Positions 61,116 through 64,000 of a DNA stretch of 64,000 nucleotides are shown one piece after another. A program made the position numbers and the translations under genes. Source of the stretch: Mobula hypostoma (taxonomy: Eukaryota); the NCBI RefSeq assembly GCF_963921235.1, contig NW_026948250.1, positions 62,001-126,000 of the forward strand, read 5' to 3'. Under the pieces are notes generated by a model. The model made no database searches. It was not told the DNA's origin and was given only the letters and a program-made list of their open reading frames with translations. Position 1 is the stretch's first letter; every line of letters begins with the position of its first letter.

Positions 61116-62786
61116 GCTGAGTGGAAAGGCCTGTTTTCCAGCTGTGTGACACTGTGACAGAGAGAGACAGAGACAGAGAGAGAGGCAGAGAGACACAGAC
61201 ACACAGAGAGGCAGAGAGACGGGGCATGAGTGGAAAGGTCTGTTTTCCAGNNNNNNNNNNNNNNNNNNNNNNNNNNNNNNNNNNNNNNNNNNNNNNNNNN
61301 NNNNNNNNNNNNNNNNNNNNNNNNNNNNNNNNNNNNNNNNNNNNNNNNNNNNNNNNNNNNNNNNNNNNNNNNNNNNNNNNNNNNNNNNNNNNNNNNNNNN
61401 TATTTCCAGCTGTGTGACACTGTGACAGAGAGAGACAAAGACAGAGACAGACAGAGAGAGAGACAGAGAGACAGGGGATGAGTGGAAAGGCCCGTTTTCC
61501 TGCTGTGTGACACTGTGACAGAGAGAGACAGACAGACAGAGAACAGACACAGAGAGACAGACAGAGAGACAGGGGATGAGTGGAAAGGCCTGTTTTCCAG
61601 CTGTGTGACAATGTGACAGAGAGAGACAGACAGACAGAGAACAGACACAGAGAGACAGACAGAGAACAGACAGACAGAGAGACGGGGCATGAGTGGAAAG
61701 GTCTGTTTTCCAGCTGTGTGACAATGTGACAGAGAGAGAGAGACAGAGACGGAGAGAGAGACAGACAGAGAGAGAGACAGACACAGAGAGACAGACAGAC
61801 AGACAGAGAGACAGGGGATGAGTGGAAAGGCCCGTTTTCCTGCTGTGTGACACTGTGACAGAGAGAGACAGACAGACAGAGAACAGACACAGAGAGACAG
61901 ACAGAGAGACAGGGGATGAGTGGAAAGGCCTGTTTTCCAGCTGTGTGACAATGTGACAGAGAGAGACAGACAGACAGAGAACAGACACAGAGAGACAGAC
62001 AGAGAACAGACAGACAGAGAGACGGGGCATGAGTGGAAAGGTCTGTTTTCCAGCTGTGTGACAATGTGACAGAGAGAGAGAGACAGAGACGGAGAGAGAG
62101 ACAGACAGAGAGAGAGACAGACACAGAGAGACAGACAGACAGACAGAGAGACAGGGGATGAGTGGAAAGGCCCGTTTTCCTGCTGTGTGACACTGTGACA
62201 GAGAGAGACAGACAGACAGAGAACAGACACAGAGAGACAGACAGAGAGACAGGGGATGAGTGGAAAGGCCTGTTTTCCAGCTGTGTGACAATGTGACAGA
62301 GAGAGACAGACAGACAGAGAACAGACACAGAGAGACAGACAGAGAACAGACAGACAGAGAGACAGGGGATGAGTGGAAAGGCCTGTTTTCCAGCTGTGTG
62401 ACAATGTGACAGAGAGAGACAGACAGACAGAGAACAGACACAGAGAGACAGACAGAGAACAGACAGACAGAGAGACAGGGGATGAGTGGAAAGGCCTGTT
62501 TTCCAGCTGTGTGACACTGTGACAGAGAGAGACAGAAACAGAGACAGACAGAGACAGACACAGAGAGACACAGAGAGACAGACAGACAGAGACAGACACA
62601 GAGACAGAGAGACAGGGGATGAGCGGCAAGGCCTGTTTCCCAGCTGTGTGACACTGTGACAGAGAGAGAGAGACAGAGACAGAGAGAGAGGCAGAGAGAC
62701 ACAGACACACAGAGAGGCAGAGAGACAGGGGATGAGTGGAAAGGCCTGTTTTCCAGCTGTGTGACAATGTGACAGAAAGAGACAGA
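61116..62786. repeat. ~100-125 bp minisatellite, copy 2
   Basis: Duplicate of 13030-14700. Confidence 0.95.
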
Positions 62787-63352
62787 GAGAGACAGACAGG
62801 CAGACATAGAGACGGGGGGGTGGGGTGGGACAAAGAGGGGGGGTCAGACAGTGGGGAAAAGATGACAGCCCTAATGCAGCGTGTCCACCAGAAACATCCG
62901 TTAGCTGCTTCAGATGTTGCTCGACCCACTGANNNNNNNNNNNNNNNNNNNNNNNNNNNNNNNNNNNNNNNNNNNNNNNNNNNNNNNNNNNNNNNNNNNN
63001 NNNNNNNNNNNNNNNNNNNNNNNNNNNNNNNNNNNNNNNNNNNNNNNNNNNNNNNNNNNNNNNNNNNNNNNNNNNNNNNNNNNNNNNNNNNNNNNNNNNN
63101 NNNNNNNNNNNNNNNNNNNNNNNNNNNNNNNNNNNNNNNNNNNNNNNNNNNNNNNNNNNNNNNNNNNNNNNNNNNNNNNNNNNNNNNNNNNNNNNNNNNN
63201 NNNNNNNNNNNNNNNNNNNNNNNNNNNNNNNNNNNNNNNNNNNNNNNNNNNNNNNNNNNNNNNNNNNNNNNNNNNNNNNNNNNNNNNNNNNNNNNNCGTG
63301 GAGAGAAACAGACATACACGTATGCACACAGACACCAACACACACAGATAAT

Positions 63353-63432
<80 letters not shown>

Positions 63433-64000
63433 CACACACACGCGGGTACACAGTCAGAGAAACACAGAACTGGCAGATAAATAAAGTTTGAGATAGGGAA
63501 TGAGGAGGGGCGTCTGAGAGGGAGGGGTGAAGAGTGGGGACGGAGGGAGGAATGGGTGTGAACGGGCGTCTCCTGGGTGTGGTGGCTCTGTCCCCTGTCC
63601 CTGTCCCAGGATGGACAGTCAGACGACGGGAGAGAGCCGCAGCCGCTGAGAGACAGAGAGAGAGGGAGCGGGCAGAGAGAGACTGGGAGCTGAAATCGGA
63701 CACCGCCGGCCCATGGTATCAGGCGGCAGCTTCGGACTGCCCCAGAGCCGGCCCCGGCCCACGCAGGTACACCCCGAACCCCGCTCGGCGTGGCGGGACA
63801 CCCCCCCCACCCTGTCACGGCTCCCGCCACGCTTTCTCCCCGCGAGGCGGGAGCGCGAGACCAAAAAAGGAAGTCTCTGCAAAAAAGTTTGGGGAAACTT
63901 TTTCTTTTGGTTGAAAAGTTTCGTCGGGGCGAGGTGTCCCGGGGGAGGGGGGCACTGCTCACCTGCGTAGCTGGACACCCGTGCCGGTGTCTCCGGGTCC

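Larger units (their letters stand above)
48124..64000 (+). repeat. Near-identical direct duplicate of 1-15914 (segmental duplication or assembly duplicate)
   Basis: All ORFs recur at offset 48083-48086 (e.g. 3122/51206, 6680/54764, 15448/63534). Confidence 0.97.

Overview
Eukaryotic, GC-rich and repeat-dense vertebrate DNA. The CR1 LINEs and minisatellite families look cartilaginous-fish-like (inference). Three gene elements are visible. (1) The first coding exon of SLC43A1/LAT3 on the minus strand (11621-11774, repeated at 59705-59858). (2) The terminal reactive-centre-loop exon of SERPING1/C1-inhibitor on the minus strand (30395-30648). (3) Between them, on the plus strand, a compact 5-exon gene that the ORF track does not reveal (25572-28021, about 192 aa, intron phases 1-0-0-0, signal peptide, polyA signal at 28877). 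It looks like an unassigned long-chain class-I helical cytokine of the IL-6/G-CSF/IL-11/IL-27p28/IL-23p19 type. A locally duplicated, doubly inactivated partial copy lies just upstream of it, and a solo LTR is inserted in front of the intact copy. Positions 1-15914 recur almost identically at 48124-64000 (offset about 48.1 kb). If that duplication is real, it places the SLC43A1 first coding exon upstream of, and in phase with, the orphaned SERPING1 last exon. The rest is nested CR1/DNA-transposon debris and large strand-asymmetric minisatellites, which account for the very long low-complexity ORFs.
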